Below, piece by piece: positions 36,740-46,472 of a stretch of DNA of 64,000 nt. This stretch comes from Vicinamibacterales bacterium (GTDB lineage: Bacteria > Acidobacteriota > Vicinamibacteria > Vicinamibacterales > UBA8438). A program made the position numbers and the translations under genes. Position 1 is the stretch's first letter. Each line of letters begins with the position of its first letter. The stretch spans positions 98,217 to 162,216 of the forward strand of contig CBDATI010000015.1 in assembly GCA_965199675.1 (NCBI GenBank), written 5' to 3'. The notes beneath the pieces were generated by a model. The model ran no database searches. It was not told the origin of the DNA and worked only from the letters and a program-made list of their open reading frames with translations.

Positions 36740-36793
36740 GCCGCGGTCACCGCCCGGAAGGCGACCGCTACGTGCGAGGCCACCCACACCCTA

Positions 36794-37961
36794 GTGTCCT
36801 GTCTGTCAAATAGGGCTACGTAATATGATCCTGCTGTGCGGCCAGACTCGAGCGAGCATGCTGGATTTTACGAAGAATGGCCTCGCCTTTGGCCTTCCAC
36901 TTGTAGGGCTTGGGCGTCAGATTCCGTTCAGCGAGGTAGTCCTCGATGTCCGCCACCAGGGTCTTGACGCTGTTGAAACTGCCCTCTCGGATCACGTCCT
37001 GGGTCAGGTCCGCGAAGAAGCGCTCGACCAGGTTGAGCCACGACGCGCTGGTCGGCGTGAAGTGCAGGTGGAACCGCGGGTGCTTCGCCAGCCAGGCCCG
37101 CACGCGGTGGTCCTTGTGGGTACAGTAGTTGTCGACGATGAGATGAAGATCCATCTCCGGCGGGGTCTCCCGGTCGATTTGCTTGAGAAACCGGAGCCAT
37201 TCCACATGCGTGTGCTGCGCCTCGGTCCGCGCGATGAGCTTGCCGTCCAGGTAGTTCAGGGCAGCGAACAGCGTGACCGTCCCGTGGCGCCGGTAGTCAT
37301 GGGTCCGCGTCCGGGTCGCCCCGCGCCGCAGGGGCAGGCCCGGTTGGGTGCGTTCCAAGGCCTGACACTGGCTCTTCTCGTCGCAACAGAGCACGAGCGC
37401 CCGCTCGGGCGGATCCAGATACAAGCCGATCACGTCCCAGAATTTCTCCGCGAACTTCGGGTCGTTGGACACTTTGAAGGTCTTCACCACATGCGGCTTG
37501 ATGTCGTTGGCGCGCCAGATCCGGTGGACGCTGTCCGGCGACATCCCCACTGCGGCGGCCATGGTGCGCACGCTCCATCGCGTCCGAGGCGCCGGCGGCT
37601 GGGTTGCCCGGAGGATGACGTGTTCGACCTTCTCCGGCGTGATCGAGGGTCGCCGCCCCCGACCCGGCTGATCCCGCAAGCCCGCAAGTCCCTCCCGGTC
37701 AAACCGTTGCGACCACTTGTTGACACAAGCTCTGCTGACGCCGAGCTCCGCCGCCACTTGCTCTTGCGACAACCCGGCGACCCGTCGCAGGATGATCTGC
37801 GCCCGCAAGTGGTCTCGCATGGGGGTCGTAGGTGCCTGCACGCGCCGCTCCAACTCGGCGCGTTCGGGGTCGGTGATTTCGAGGACAGAGACCGGCCGAG
37901 CCATTCCGTATACGATAATGCGTGAAGGTGGTTACGTCAACTCATTTACCGGACAGGACAC
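36794..37961 (-). mobile_element. IS630-family insertion sequence (1168 bp) flanked by TA
   Basis: Terminal inverted repeats gtgtcctgtctgtcaaatagg / gtgtcctgtccggtaaatgag (reverse complement). TA dinucleotide on both sides (36792-93, 37962-63). Confidence 0.8.
36816..37904 (-). CDS. IS630-family DDE transposase
   Basis: N-terminal HTH (LSQEQVAAELGVSRACVNKW). DDE region ..CCDEKSQCQALE...LIVDNYCTHK...WLNLVERFF. Confidence 0.85.
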   Translation of the reverse strand: MARPVSVLEITDPERAELERRVQAPTTPMRDHLRAQIILRRVAGLSQEQVAAELGVSRACVNKWSQRFDREGLAGLRDQPGRGRRPSITPEKVEHVILRATQPPAPRTRWSVRTMAAAVGMSPDSVHRIWRANDIKPHVVKTFKVSNDPKFAEKFWDVIGLYLDPPERALVLCCDEKSQCQALERTQPGLPLRRGATRTRTHDYRRHGTVTLFAALNYLDGKLIARTEAQHTHVEWLRFLKQIDRETPPEMDLHLIVDNYCTHKDHRVRAWLAKHPRFHLHFTPTSASWLNLVERFFADLTQDVIREGSFNSVKTLVADIEDYLAERNLTPKPYKWKAKGEAILRKIQHARSSLAAQQDHIT

Positions 37962-37991
37962 TAGCCGCGCGGCGCGCCGTATAATGCGGCG

Positions 37992-38387
37992 GTGGCTCTG
38001 CGAGAAGACCTGACGCGGCGCCTGCAGGCCGTCGCCCGGCGCGACCCGGACGTGCGCGCTCTCTACGTCTTCGGCTCCCGCATCGACGGGACCCCCCGAC
38101 CGGACTCCGATCTTGACGTCGGCGTGCTCTACGCGTCGCCCCAGCCGCTCGAGAAGACCGTCCGGTTCGAAGACGCCCTCCACCGCACGGTCGGCCTCCC
38201 GGTGGATGTGACCGACGCAGGAAACGCCGACGCCTTCCTGGCTCTGGCGGTGGTGCGTGGCGACCGGATCTTCTGCCGGGACGAGGTGGAGGCGGATCTC
38301 TTCGATCTGTATGTCTTGCGGCGCGCCGGCGACTTGCTGCCGTTCGAGCGCGCACGATGCGCGATGCTGCTCGATGGGACGCCATGA
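37992..38387 (+). CDS. mntA: Minimal nucleotidyltransferase (MNT) antitoxin
   Basis: VFGSRIDGTPRPDSDLDVGV (GSx10DxD motif). GTG start. ATGA overlap with the HEPN gene. Confidence 0.75.
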   Translation: MALREDLTRRLQAVARRDPDVRALYVFGSRIDGTPRPDSDLDVGVLYASPQPLEKTVRFEDALHRTVGLPVDVTDAGNADAFLALAVVRGDRIFCRDEVEADLFDLYVLRRAGDLLPFERARCAMLLDGTP

Positions 38388-38842
38388 CCGCCGGCCGGGT
38401 CAGCCGCACCATCGTCGCCAACCGCGTCGCCCTGATTCGCCGTCTCCTCGACGAGGCCGCAACGCTTCCGCTGGGCGACCTCGACGCCTTCACTCGTGAT
38501 CCGCGGATGGTCGCGGCGGGCGAATCGTATCTTCGCCGCACCCTCGAGGCCCTGCTCGACATCGCCCGCCACGTGCTGGCGAAGGGCTTTGCGCGGGGGC
38601 CGTCCGAGTACGCGGAGGTGGCGCGACAGCTCGGCGAGGTGGGCGTCGTCTCGTCCCGCCAGGCCGACCGGTTGGTGCTCATGGCCCGCTATCGCAACCG
38701 TCTGGTGCATGGCTATCACCAGGTGAAGGCGCCCGAGCTCTACGACCTGCTGGTGCGGCGGCGCGACGATATCTCGGAAACCGTGCGCGAGATCGCGGCC
38801 TGGATGGCGGCGCACCCGGATCGCGTCGCCGACCCCGAGTGA
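38384..38842 (+). CDS. hepT: HEPN (DUF86) toxin
   Basis: RYRNRLVHGY is the Rx4-6H HEPN motif. Size and MNT partner fit the HepT/MntA type. Confidence 0.75.
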   Translation: MTAGRVSRTIVANRVALIRRLLDEAATLPLGDLDAFTRDPRMVAAGESYLRRTLEALLDIARHVLAKGFARGPSEYAEVARQLGEVGVVSSRQADRLVLMARYRNRLVHGYHQVKAPELYDLLVRRRDDISETVREIAAWMAAHPDRVADPE

Positions 38843-38873
38843 CCCGCACGGCTTCCGCCCGGCGGGAGCGGCG

Positions 38874-40076
38874 TCAGAAGAACCAGGTGAGCGACACGTA
38901 GCCCACGGCGCTCAGCACACCGTAGGCCGAGGGCAGGATCTGGCCGGCGGTCGGGGTGTCGTCGCCGACGCCGAAGAACACCCCGCCGGCGACGGTGGTC
39001 TCGTCGCCCGCCGAGTAGGAGAAGCTCGGGGCGACGATGGCGCTCCTGTCGTTGAGGTTCCAGAGCCAGAGGCCGGCGACGCTCAGCAGCGGGTGGATCT
39101 GGTAGGACGCCTGCACCGCCGCCTCGTCGCGCCCGTACACCTGATACTCGGCCCGCAGGAACTCCGGCGACTGGAAGATGCGGAAGAAGTCGTCCGGCGC
39201 GGCGGCGCCGCGGCCGTCGCGCTGGTACTCGACGACGAGGCCCATGTCGCGGCCGTAGACACTCAACCGTCGGTCGAGACCGATGGTGCCCCGCCCCGTC
39301 ACGACGCCCTGGAAGTCCCTCACCACCGCCTCGAACCGGATGGCCCAGGCCCCCAGGCCGCCCGCGGCGCCGACCGCCCCGGCCGTGTCGCCGTAGAGGC
39401 TGCCGCCCCACCCCGAGACCTCCCAGTTTCGCCACGTGGTGAGGCCGCGCGCGAGCGCCGTCGTCTCGTCGCCGACGAGGGTGCGGCTGGGCCGGAACAC
39501 CACGTCGATCTCGCTCAGCGGGGTGGGATAGATGCGGGCCCGCGCGGCGTCGATGCCGCCTCGGTAGACGCGGAACGGGTCGGCGGGGCTGAAGGGAATG
39601 AACGGGTCCGCGGGAGTGAGGAACAGGGTGGTGCCCCACGACACCGCCTGCCGGCCGATGCTCACCTCGACGGTGTCGTTCGGTTGCCATGCCACGTTGA
39701 ACCGGTCGAGCCGTTGCAGCCACCGGACGTGGTCCCGATCGACGGCGGTCCACTGCAGATCGAGCCACTCGCCGCCCGCGGGAACCGCGCCCAGCCCGAC
39801 CAGGCCGCTGAACCCGGTGTCGTCCTGCTGGACGGTGAGCGCGTGGTCCCAGGCGATCTCCACCGCGAAGGGGCCCAACACCGGTTCGGTCGTCAACCGC
39901 AGTCGGTTGAAGACGCTGGCGCCGGCGTCGGTGGCGATCGTCGAGCCGGCCAACAGGGGAACCGTCTGGAAGTAGCCCGTGAGCCAGCTCGACTGGGCGC
40001 GGGCGCGGTCCGGCCCCAGCCCGGCCAGGGCGAGCACCGCGCCGGCGACGAGCAGGCCGCGTGCGCGGGGCATCAT
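38874..40076 (-). CDS. Putative outer-membrane beta-barrel protein
   Basis: Signal peptide MMPRARGLLVAGAVLALAGLGPDRARAQ. Alternating beta-strand pattern. C-terminus ..YVSLTWFF (terminal Phe). Confidence 0.5.
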   Translation of the reverse strand: MMPRARGLLVAGAVLALAGLGPDRARAQSSWLTGYFQTVPLLAGSTIATDAGASVFNRLRLTTEPVLGPFAVEIAWDHALTVQQDDTGFSGLVGLGAVPAGGEWLDLQWTAVDRDHVRWLQRLDRFNVAWQPNDTVEVSIGRQAVSWGTTLFLTPADPFIPFSPADPFRVYRGGIDAARARIYPTPLSEIDVVFRPSRTLVGDETTALARGLTTWRNWEVSGWGGSLYGDTAGAVGAAGGLGAWAIRFEAVVRDFQGVVTGRGTIGLDRRLSVYGRDMGLVVEYQRDGRGAAAPDDFFRIFQSPEFLRAEYQVYGRDEAAVQASYQIHPLLSVAGLWLWNLNDRSAIVAPSFSYSAGDETTVAGGVFFGVGDDTPTAGQILPSAYGVLSAVGYVSLTWFF

Positions 40077-40224
40077 GCCCGACCTTCGGCCGTTCGTCCG
40101 ACCGACCGGGACCCGCCGCGTGTGAGGGAGCGATGTTCGGCGAGGTGCTGGTCCTGGACGGCGAGGGGACAGGCCGCGCGCGCGGGGGGACATGTCCGGG
40201 TCTCGCCCGAGTCGATGCGGGGAG

Positions 40225-40926
40225 TCATGCCCGGGTCTCGTCCGAGTCGATGCGGCCGTCGACCATCCGGACGAGGCGCCGCGACCGCTCCATGACCCGG
40301 GCGTCGTGGGTGGCGAAGACGAACGTCACGCCGAGCTCGCGGTTCAGGTCGGCCATGACGTCGAGCAGGGCGGCGCTCGCGGCCGAGTCGAGGTTCGCGG
40401 TGGGTTCGTCGGCCAGCACCAGGGCGGGCCGGCTCGCCACCGCCCGCACCACCGCCACCCGCTGCTGCTGCCCTCCCGAGAGCTTCCCCGGCCGGCGGTC
40501 CTCGAGCCCGGTCATCCCCGTCCGCTCGAACAGTTCCTGCACCCGCTCCCGGCGCTCGTCGGCGGCCACGCCCTGGAGCAGCATCGGGAACTCGGCGTTC
40601 TCCATCGCCGTCAGCACCGGCAGCAGGTTGTAGGCCTGGAAGACGAAGCCGACCTGGTCGAGCCGCAACCTGGCCAGATCGCGGTTCGACATCGCGGTCA
40701 CGTCGCGGCCCGCCACCTCCACGCGTCCCTCGCTGGGGCGCGTCAGGCCGCCGATCAGGTTCAGCAGGGTCGTCTTGCCGGACCCCGACGGCCCGGCCAG
40801 GGCCGTGAACTCGCCCCGTTCGACGGTCAGGCTGACGTCGCGGACCGCCTGTACCTCCTCCGCTTCCTGGTGGAAGACCTTCCAGACGCCGTCGGTCCGG
40901 ACCGCCGCGGTATCGGTGTCGGTCAT
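40225..40926 (-). CDS. ABC transporter ATP-binding protein (LolD/MacB-type)
   Basis: Walker A GPSGSGKTT, signature LSGGQQQRV, Walker B LVLADEPT. Confidence 0.85.
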   Translation of the reverse strand: MTDTDTAAVRTDGVWKVFHQEAEEVQAVRDVSLTVERGEFTALAGPSGSGKTTLLNLIGGLTRPSEGRVEVAGRDVTAMSNRDLARLRLDQVGFVFQAYNLLPVLTAMENAEFPMLLQGVAADERRERVQELFERTGMTGLEDRRPGKLSGGQQQRVAVVRAVASRPALVLADEPTANLDSAASAALLDVMADLNRELGVTFVFATHDARVMERSRRLVRMVDGRIDSDETRA

Positions 40927-40948
40927 GGAGTCGCTCGCGGTCGCCGGT

Positions 40949-42247
40949 TCACCGGTCGAACTTCATCGCCTCGGTCACGTCGAGCCGGGCCGCCCGCAGG
41001 GCCGGATAGACCGACGCGACCGCGCCGATGAACAGGATGAACAACAGCACCTGCACGAGGCGCGTCGTCCGCAGCAGCGGGAAGATGATCGGATCGACGA
41101 CCACGCCCGAGAAGGTCATCTCGTCCATCAGGGCCGAGAAGTCGAGGCCGTCGGCGAAGAAGCCCCACGTGACGGCGAGCCCGAGGCCGACGCCGATGAA
41201 GCCGCTCGCCGCGGTCAGGGTCAGCCCCTCGATCAGCACGATGGCCCCGGTCTGTCCCGGCGTCAGCCCGAGCGCCCGCAGCACCCCGAACTCGCGGCGG
41301 CGGTGCAGCACCGACATCAGCACGGTGTTGACGATGCCGAACGCGATGATCGTGAAGATGAAGGCGTGGGTCAGGTAGCCGCCGAAGTCGTCGATGGCCA
41401 CCGCCGCCGCCAGCGCCGGGTTCGCCTCGCGCCAGCCCATCACGCGGGCGTCCCCGCGGGCGATGGGCTCTGCCAGGGCGCGCTCGATGCGCGCGGCCAC
41501 CCCGGCCGTCGCGGCGCTGTCGTCCAGCACCACCCCGACGTTGGTGACGTCGCCCGACGACCCCAGCCACTCGTCGGCGGTGGCCAGCGGAATGTGCACC
41601 AGAAGCTGATCCACTTCCGGCACGCCCGTCCGGAAGATGCCGACCACCCGCAAGAGCTGCCCCGCGATCTCGCGCTCGGCGTCCTGCGCCTGCACCACGA
41701 AGCGCGAGCCGAGCCGCAGATCGAGGCGGTCGACCAGGTCCACCCCGACATAGGCGGCCAGCCGATCGTCCGGCTCGAGGTACCGTCCCTCGACCAGCCG
41801 GTCGTCGATGGGGCTGAACTCCGCCTCCGCCGACGGGTCGACGGCGACGATCTGGGCCGGCCGCGAGCCCGCGGCCGAGCTCGCGAGCCCGGTCACGGCG
41901 AGCTTGGCGGTCGTCGCCACCACCCGCGCGGCGACGTCGGGCGTTGCGAACACCTCCTCGGCGGCGCGCCGCACCCCGGCCGGCAGCCGGTCCTCGATGC
42001 GGCGGCTCAGCCGGAACTCGGGGCGCTCGATGGTGACGTGCCCCTCGCCGAGCCGGACCCCCGAGTCGATCCACTGCTCGTGCGAGCCGTCGCCGAGCGC
42101 GAAGGTGAAGACGAGCAGGGCGCCCCCGACGATCATCGCCGACGCCGTCAGCACCGTCCGCCGCACGTGGCGGCGCAGATTGCGCATCGCCAGCAGCACG
42201 AGGACGCGCGTTCGCGCCGGGGGACGCGGGGCGGAGGGCGATGGCAT
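40949..42247 (-). CDS. FtsX-like ABC permease
   Basis: LLAMRNLRRHVRRTVLTASAMIVGGALLVF, a large periplasmic loop and a C-terminal FtsX domain (..RRREFGVLRALGLTPG..). Real start at ATG 42247 inside a longer ORF. Confidence 0.75.
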   Translation of the reverse strand: MPSPSAPRPPARTRVLVLLAMRNLRRHVRRTVLTASAMIVGGALLVFTFALGDGSHEQWIDSGVRLGEGHVTIERPEFRLSRRIEDRLPAGVRRAAEEVFATPDVAARVVATTAKLAVTGLASSAAGSRPAQIVAVDPSAEAEFSPIDDRLVEGRYLEPDDRLAAYVGVDLVDRLDLRLGSRFVVQAQDAEREIAGQLLRVVGIFRTGVPEVDQLLVHIPLATADEWLGSSGDVTNVGVVLDDSAATAGVAARIERALAEPIARGDARVMGWREANPALAAAVAIDDFGGYLTHAFIFTIIAFGIVNTVLMSVLHRRREFGVLRALGLTPGQTGAIVLIEGLTLTAASGFIGVGLGLAVTWGFFADGLDFSALMDEMTFSGVVVDPIIFPLLRTTRLVQVLLFILFIGAVASVYPALRAARLDVTEAMKFDR

Positions 42248-42249
42248 CG

Positions 42250-43509
42250 TCACAACCCCGACAGCGTGTCGGCCGGCGGCACCCGCGCCGCCTTGGCCGC
42301 CGGATAGAGGGCCGCGAGAAGGGCGGTCAGCACCAGTCCGACCGCCGCCCACGTCCACGCCGGCACGTCGTAGCCGACGCGCAGGCTGGGCTCGAGCAGC
42401 GCGCCCTGCAGGGTGACGCTGCCGATGAGCCACGACAGGCTGGGCGGCGCGGCGGCCCACCACACCATCAGCGGAAACGTGACGGCCGAGCCGATGGCGA
42501 GGCTGAGCAGGCCCACGGCCACCGCCTCGGACAGCACCGTGCCCACGATGGCCCACGGCGTCGCCCCCAGGGCGAGCATGACCGCGAACTCGCGCCGGCG
42601 CTCGAAGGTCGCCATGAGCATGGTGTTGGCGATGCCGAAGCTGGCGATGGCGAAGATGATGATGATGAAGATCCAGTACGTCGACTCGGCGAGGCCGACG
42701 TAGTCGACCAGCACCGGGTTGAGCACCGTCCACGACGCCACCTCGATCTCCCGGCTGCCCGCGTCGATGGCCTCGGCGAGCCGCGCCGCGACCGCGTCGG
42801 CCTCGGCCGGATCCGCGGTGGCGACCGCGATCTCGTGAATGCGGGCGGGGTCGAGATAGACGAGCGCCTGCAGGTCGCCGATGGCGAGCACGGCGGTGCG
42901 GGCGTCGAACTCGACGAGCCCGGTCCGGAAGACCCCGGCCACCGTGTAGAGGTCGTTGGCCATCGAGCCGTCGGCGGCCGACCCCACCAGCACCAGCTCG
43001 TCGCCGACGCCGGCCGCCAGTTGCCGGGCCATCTCATCGCCGACGAGTATCTCGTAGGCGCCCGGCTCGGGCAGCCGCCCCGCGACCAGCTCGTCGAGGA
43101 AGCGGGTCAGCGCCACCTCGCGCTCGGGATCCACACCCAGGAACATGCCCGCCGAGGTCGCCTCGCCCGAGCTGACGAGGCCCCCCGCGTACACCCGGGG
43201 GGCCGCCGCCGTCACCCCCTCGTCGGCGTCGATGGTTGCGAGCAGGGCCTCGACGTCGACCCCCTCGCGCCCCCCGAGGGTGTCGTACATGCTGCGGTCG
43301 GGCCGGTACTCGGCGTGGTGGATCTCGATCTGGCCGCTCACGAGCGACGTGGCGTTCTCGACGAGCTCGGCCATGATGCCCCGCATCCAGCCGATCATGA
43401 AGACCACCGCGAAGAAGCCCACGGCGAGGCCGAGGGCGGTCAGCACCGTCCGGCGGGGGTTCCGGCCGATGTTGCGCCAGCCGATGCGCGGCCAGGGCCG
43501 TTCGCGCAT
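42250..43509 (-). CDS. FtsX-like ABC permease (second)
   Basis: GWRNIGRNPRRTVLTALGLAVGFFAVVF ... ERRREFAVMLALGATPW. Confidence 0.75.
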   Translation of the reverse strand: MRERPWPRIGWRNIGRNPRRTVLTALGLAVGFFAVVFMIGWMRGIMAELVENATSLVSGQIEIHHAEYRPDRSMYDTLGGREGVDVEALLATIDADEGVTAAAPRVYAGGLVSSGEATSAGMFLGVDPEREVALTRFLDELVAGRLPEPGAYEILVGDEMARQLAAGVGDELVLVGSAADGSMANDLYTVAGVFRTGLVEFDARTAVLAIGDLQALVYLDPARIHEIAVATADPAEADAVAARLAEAIDAGSREIEVASWTVLNPVLVDYVGLAESTYWIFIIIIFAIASFGIANTMLMATFERRREFAVMLALGATPWAIVGTVLSEAVAVGLLSLAIGSAVTFPLMVWWAAAPPSLSWLIGSVTLQGALLEPSLRVGYDVPAWTWAAVGLVLTALLAALYPAAKAARVPPADTLSGL

Positions 43510-43515
43510 CGGAGG

Positions 43516-44307
43516 CTACCGTCCGCGCTGCAGGGTGCGCAGAGAGAAGAACGAGGTGTCGAGGTCGATGTCGAACTCCAGCTCGTCGTAGCGGAACGAC
43601 GTGCGTTCGCCCGGCTTGTCGGCGGGGCGCATGTCCATGACGCCGGGGACGAGGCGCCCGCCCATCTCGGTGTACTCGCTGTACTCCATGGTGCGGGCCA
43701 GCTCGCCGTCCTCGTCGTAGTACCGCGCCCAGAGCGGCATCGAGTCTCTCTGCCGGACCAGGAACGCCATGTGACCCCAGACCACCGCCGCCTCCGGCTT
43801 CGGGGTCAGGCGAAGCTCCCACACCGCGACGCCGTCGCGCTCGCCCTCGAAGGCCATCTCGACGTCGTAGTCGTCGACGAGACGGCTCTCCTTCACGAGG
43901 TCGTCGTTGGTGAAATGCGACCCCATCCACGAGCCGCCCATCATCGAGGCGGGAATCTTGATGGTGCGATCCACCTTCGGCAGGTAGTTCCAGATGTCGT
44001 CCCCCGCCATCAGGGTCGCCGTGCCCGCGTCCCGCCGCGGCGCGCGCAGGCGGACGAGCGAGTAGTCGGTGCCGAGCGACCACACCTCCATGGTCATCTC
44101 GCGCTCCCAGTGCTCGGTCACCACCTCCATCGTCGCCACGCCGCGGCTCGAGTCGCCGCGCATGAGGCGGTCGACCTGGTCGATGATGGCCATCGGGTCC
44201 GTCTGCGCGGACGCCACCGCCGCGAAGAGAACGCCGGTCACCCCCACGAGCGAAATCTGCGCCAACATTCGGAACATGCGCGTCCTCCCTGGAACCCGAA
44301 CCGTCAC
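43516..44307 (-). CDS. LolA-like outer-membrane lipoprotein-sorting protein
   Basis: Signal peptide, then IIDQVDRLMRGDSSRGVATMEV...DDIWNYLPKVDRTIKIP..MGGSWMGSHFTNDDL. This pattern belongs to the LolA-like family that accompanies FtsX/ABC pairs. Confidence 0.6.
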   Translation of the reverse strand: MTVRVPGRTRMFRMLAQISLVGVTGVLFAAVASAQTDPMAIIDQVDRLMRGDSSRGVATMEVVTEHWEREMTMEVWSLGTDYSLVRLRAPRRDAGTATLMAGDDIWNYLPKVDRTIKIPASMMGGSWMGSHFTNDDLVKESRLVDDYDVEMAFEGERDGVAVWELRLTPKPEAAVVWGHMAFLVRQRDSMPLWARYYDEDGELARTMEYSEYTEMGGRLVPGVMDMRPADKPGERTSFRYDELEFDIDLDTSFFSLRTLQRGR

Positions 44308-44425
44308 CCTATCAGTCTAGCGCAATCCGCCGCCGCAACCGTCTCCACGCGACCGGAACCGGCCCGCCCCCACACCTGACGCGCTCACGGCCCCGACTCC
44401 CCGCGCGGGGTCGGACACTCCGCCC

Positions 44426-45640
44426 TCAGTTGCCGAGGTAGCCGGCCCAGTCGTCCATCAACCGGCGGCGCCGTTCGAACAGATCCGACCGCGCATAGGC
44501 CGCCTCGACCGGATTCCGCACCGCGTGGGCAAGGGCAGCTTCGACGACTTCCCGGGGATGGTCCGTCTCCTCCGCCGCCCAGTCGCGAAAGCTCGACCGG
44601 AATCCATGCGGAACCGCGGCGATCCCGAGCTCGTTGAGCAGCCCCGACAGGGCCATGTCCTTCAACACCCCGCCCCGCGCGGTCGCGAACGCGAGCCGCC
44701 CGCCGTTGTCGAGCCTCCGCGCCGCGTCGAGAATCTCCAGCGCCCGCCGGCACAGCGGAACCCGGTGCTCGCGCTTCGCCTTCATGCGTTCGGCCGGAAT
44801 CGTCCACACGGCGCGCGCCGTGTCCATCTCGGTCCACCGCGCCCCGCGCACCTCACCTGACCTCGCCGCCGTCAGCACCAGAAACTCGAACGCCAGCTTG
44901 ACCACCCGCCTCGCGTCCGCTCTCCGCACCGCTCTGACCGCCGCCGCCACTTCCCGATGCGGCAGCGCTCGCATGTGCTGCACCCGATGCTGCTGACGCC
45001 CGAGCACCGGCCCGATGCGGTCGCACGGATTGTCGGTCCGATACTCCATCGCCATCGCCCATTCCAACACCGCTCCGATGCGCTGGCGCAGGCGCCGCGC
45101 CGTCGTCGGCCTGTCGTGCCACAGATGCTGCAGCACCTCGATCACATCGGCGCTCGTCACGTCGCACACCCTCATCCCGCCAATCAACGGAAACGCGTAG
45201 CGGGCCAGGCCCGCCAACCACGCCCGGCCGTACTTCCGGTTGCTCCAGCCCGGCGTCATCTGCCGCCAGACGCGATGCGCCGCCGCCTCGAAGGTCGGCA
45301 TGATCCGCGCCTCGCGCCTCACCGCCAGCGGGTCTCCGCCTCCTCGCGCGAGCTTCCGGTTGGCGAGCGCCTGCGTCCGCGCCTCTTCCAGTGAGACGAT
45401 CGGATAGCCCCCCAGACCCATCTCCCGCCGCCGCCCCCGTATCGTGATCCGCTGAATCCAGCTTCGGCTGCCCGACGCCTGAACATCGAGATACAGACCA
45501 TGACCGTCGCAGTAGCGTCCCGCCCCGGTCACGCTGCGCACGAAGTCCGCCGAGAGCGCGTTCTCGGGATGCCGCCCGCGCGGCTTCAGCTTGCGTCGCG
45601 CCGCCCTTCCCACCAAGTTACCATCCAATTTTCCCCCCAT
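44426..45640 (-). CDS. P4-type tyrosine integrase (DUF4102 arm domain), int1
   Basis: LSADFVRSVTGAGRYCDGHGLYLDVQASGSRSWIQRI arm domain. Catalytic ARSGEVRGARW...HRVPL...HGFRSSFRDW...AAYARSD. Confidence 0.85.
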   Translation of the reverse strand: MGGKLDGNLVGRAARRKLKPRGRHPENALSADFVRSVTGAGRYCDGHGLYLDVQASGSRSWIQRITIRGRRREMGLGGYPIVSLEEARTQALANRKLARGGGDPLAVRREARIMPTFEAAAHRVWRQMTPGWSNRKYGRAWLAGLARYAFPLIGGMRVCDVTSADVIEVLQHLWHDRPTTARRLRQRIGAVLEWAMAMEYRTDNPCDRIGPVLGRQQHRVQHMRALPHREVAAAVRAVRRADARRVVKLAFEFLVLTAARSGEVRGARWTEMDTARAVWTIPAERMKAKREHRVPLCRRALEILDAARRLDNGGRLAFATARGGVLKDMALSGLLNELGIAAVPHGFRSSFRDWAAEETDHPREVVEAALAHAVRNPVEAAYARSDLFERRRRLMDDWAGYLGN

Positions 45641-45660
45641 TTTTGGTGGAAAAGCCCGAG

Positions 45661-45690
45661 ACTATACAAAGCTCTCCGCCAACGTGTCAA
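45661..45690 (-). promoter_or_regulatory. Near-consensus sigma70-type promoter for int1
   Basis: The minus strand reads TTGACA-18 nt-TATAGT, ending 20 nt upstream of the int1 ATG. Confidence 0.35.
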
Positions 45691-45827
45691 CACGCATCTT
45701 TTCGCCTGAAATCAAGCTGTACGCCCCGCATTCCGACGCCGTCCTGGCCATTCGCGGCCACCCGAACATGGCGGACTGATCCGATTCCCCCGTTGCCGGG
45801 TGAGAGGACGAGTTCACAAGGGAGAGC

Positions 45828-46472
45828 ATGATGCGTATGGGACCGGTTTTTGCGAGAGGTAGTTGCCGGGCGCTGAGCTGGGTGGTGCTGTTCGGCTGGA
45901 TGCTGGCGCTGGGGGGAGGTACGGTCGAGGCGCAGTCACTAAAGGTGTACGTCGCGGAAGGCGACGGAACGCTGACGGTGTTTTGGGCCGGGGGTCCCGG
46001 CGACACGGTCGGATACCGGATCAAAGGCGTGGTACCCGATGACTTGAAGGAGGATCGCGGTTCGAACGAGGCGGCTGGCGCAGGCATGGTCAAGAGAACC
46101 ATCACTGGCTTGACCAACGGCGCCGTATACGTCGTGCGGGTAACGTCGGGGGCGACCTTTGGCACGATAACGGGAAGTCCAGGTAGGGCAACCGAAGACC
46201 CCAACTTCGGAGCGAGATATACGCCAGGCGACAAGCAACTGATGGTATCCTGGCCATCCAAGGCAGGCGCGATGGGTTACCTCGTTCAATACCGGGGGAA
46301 AACCGAAGTTGACCTGATGGACCACGCCATCGTCCCCGCGGGCATGACTGAGACCACCATCATGGGCTTGATCAACGCCGCGACATATGTCGTGCGGGTG
46401 ACGGCGCTGGTGGGGGGGAAAGACTCTCCGGAAGCAGATGTGTTTGGCGTAATTCCTGTTGCGAGGCCCTAT
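45828..46472 (+). pseudogene. 5' fragment of surface-protein paralog C, cut by IS5/IS1182-like copy 1
   Basis: MMRMGPVFARGSCRALSWVVLFGWMLALGGGTVEAQ signal matches paralog A. The FN3-like body is ~85% identical by eye to paralog B up to ..FGVIPVARP, where the IS inverted repeat begins. Confidence 0.75.
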
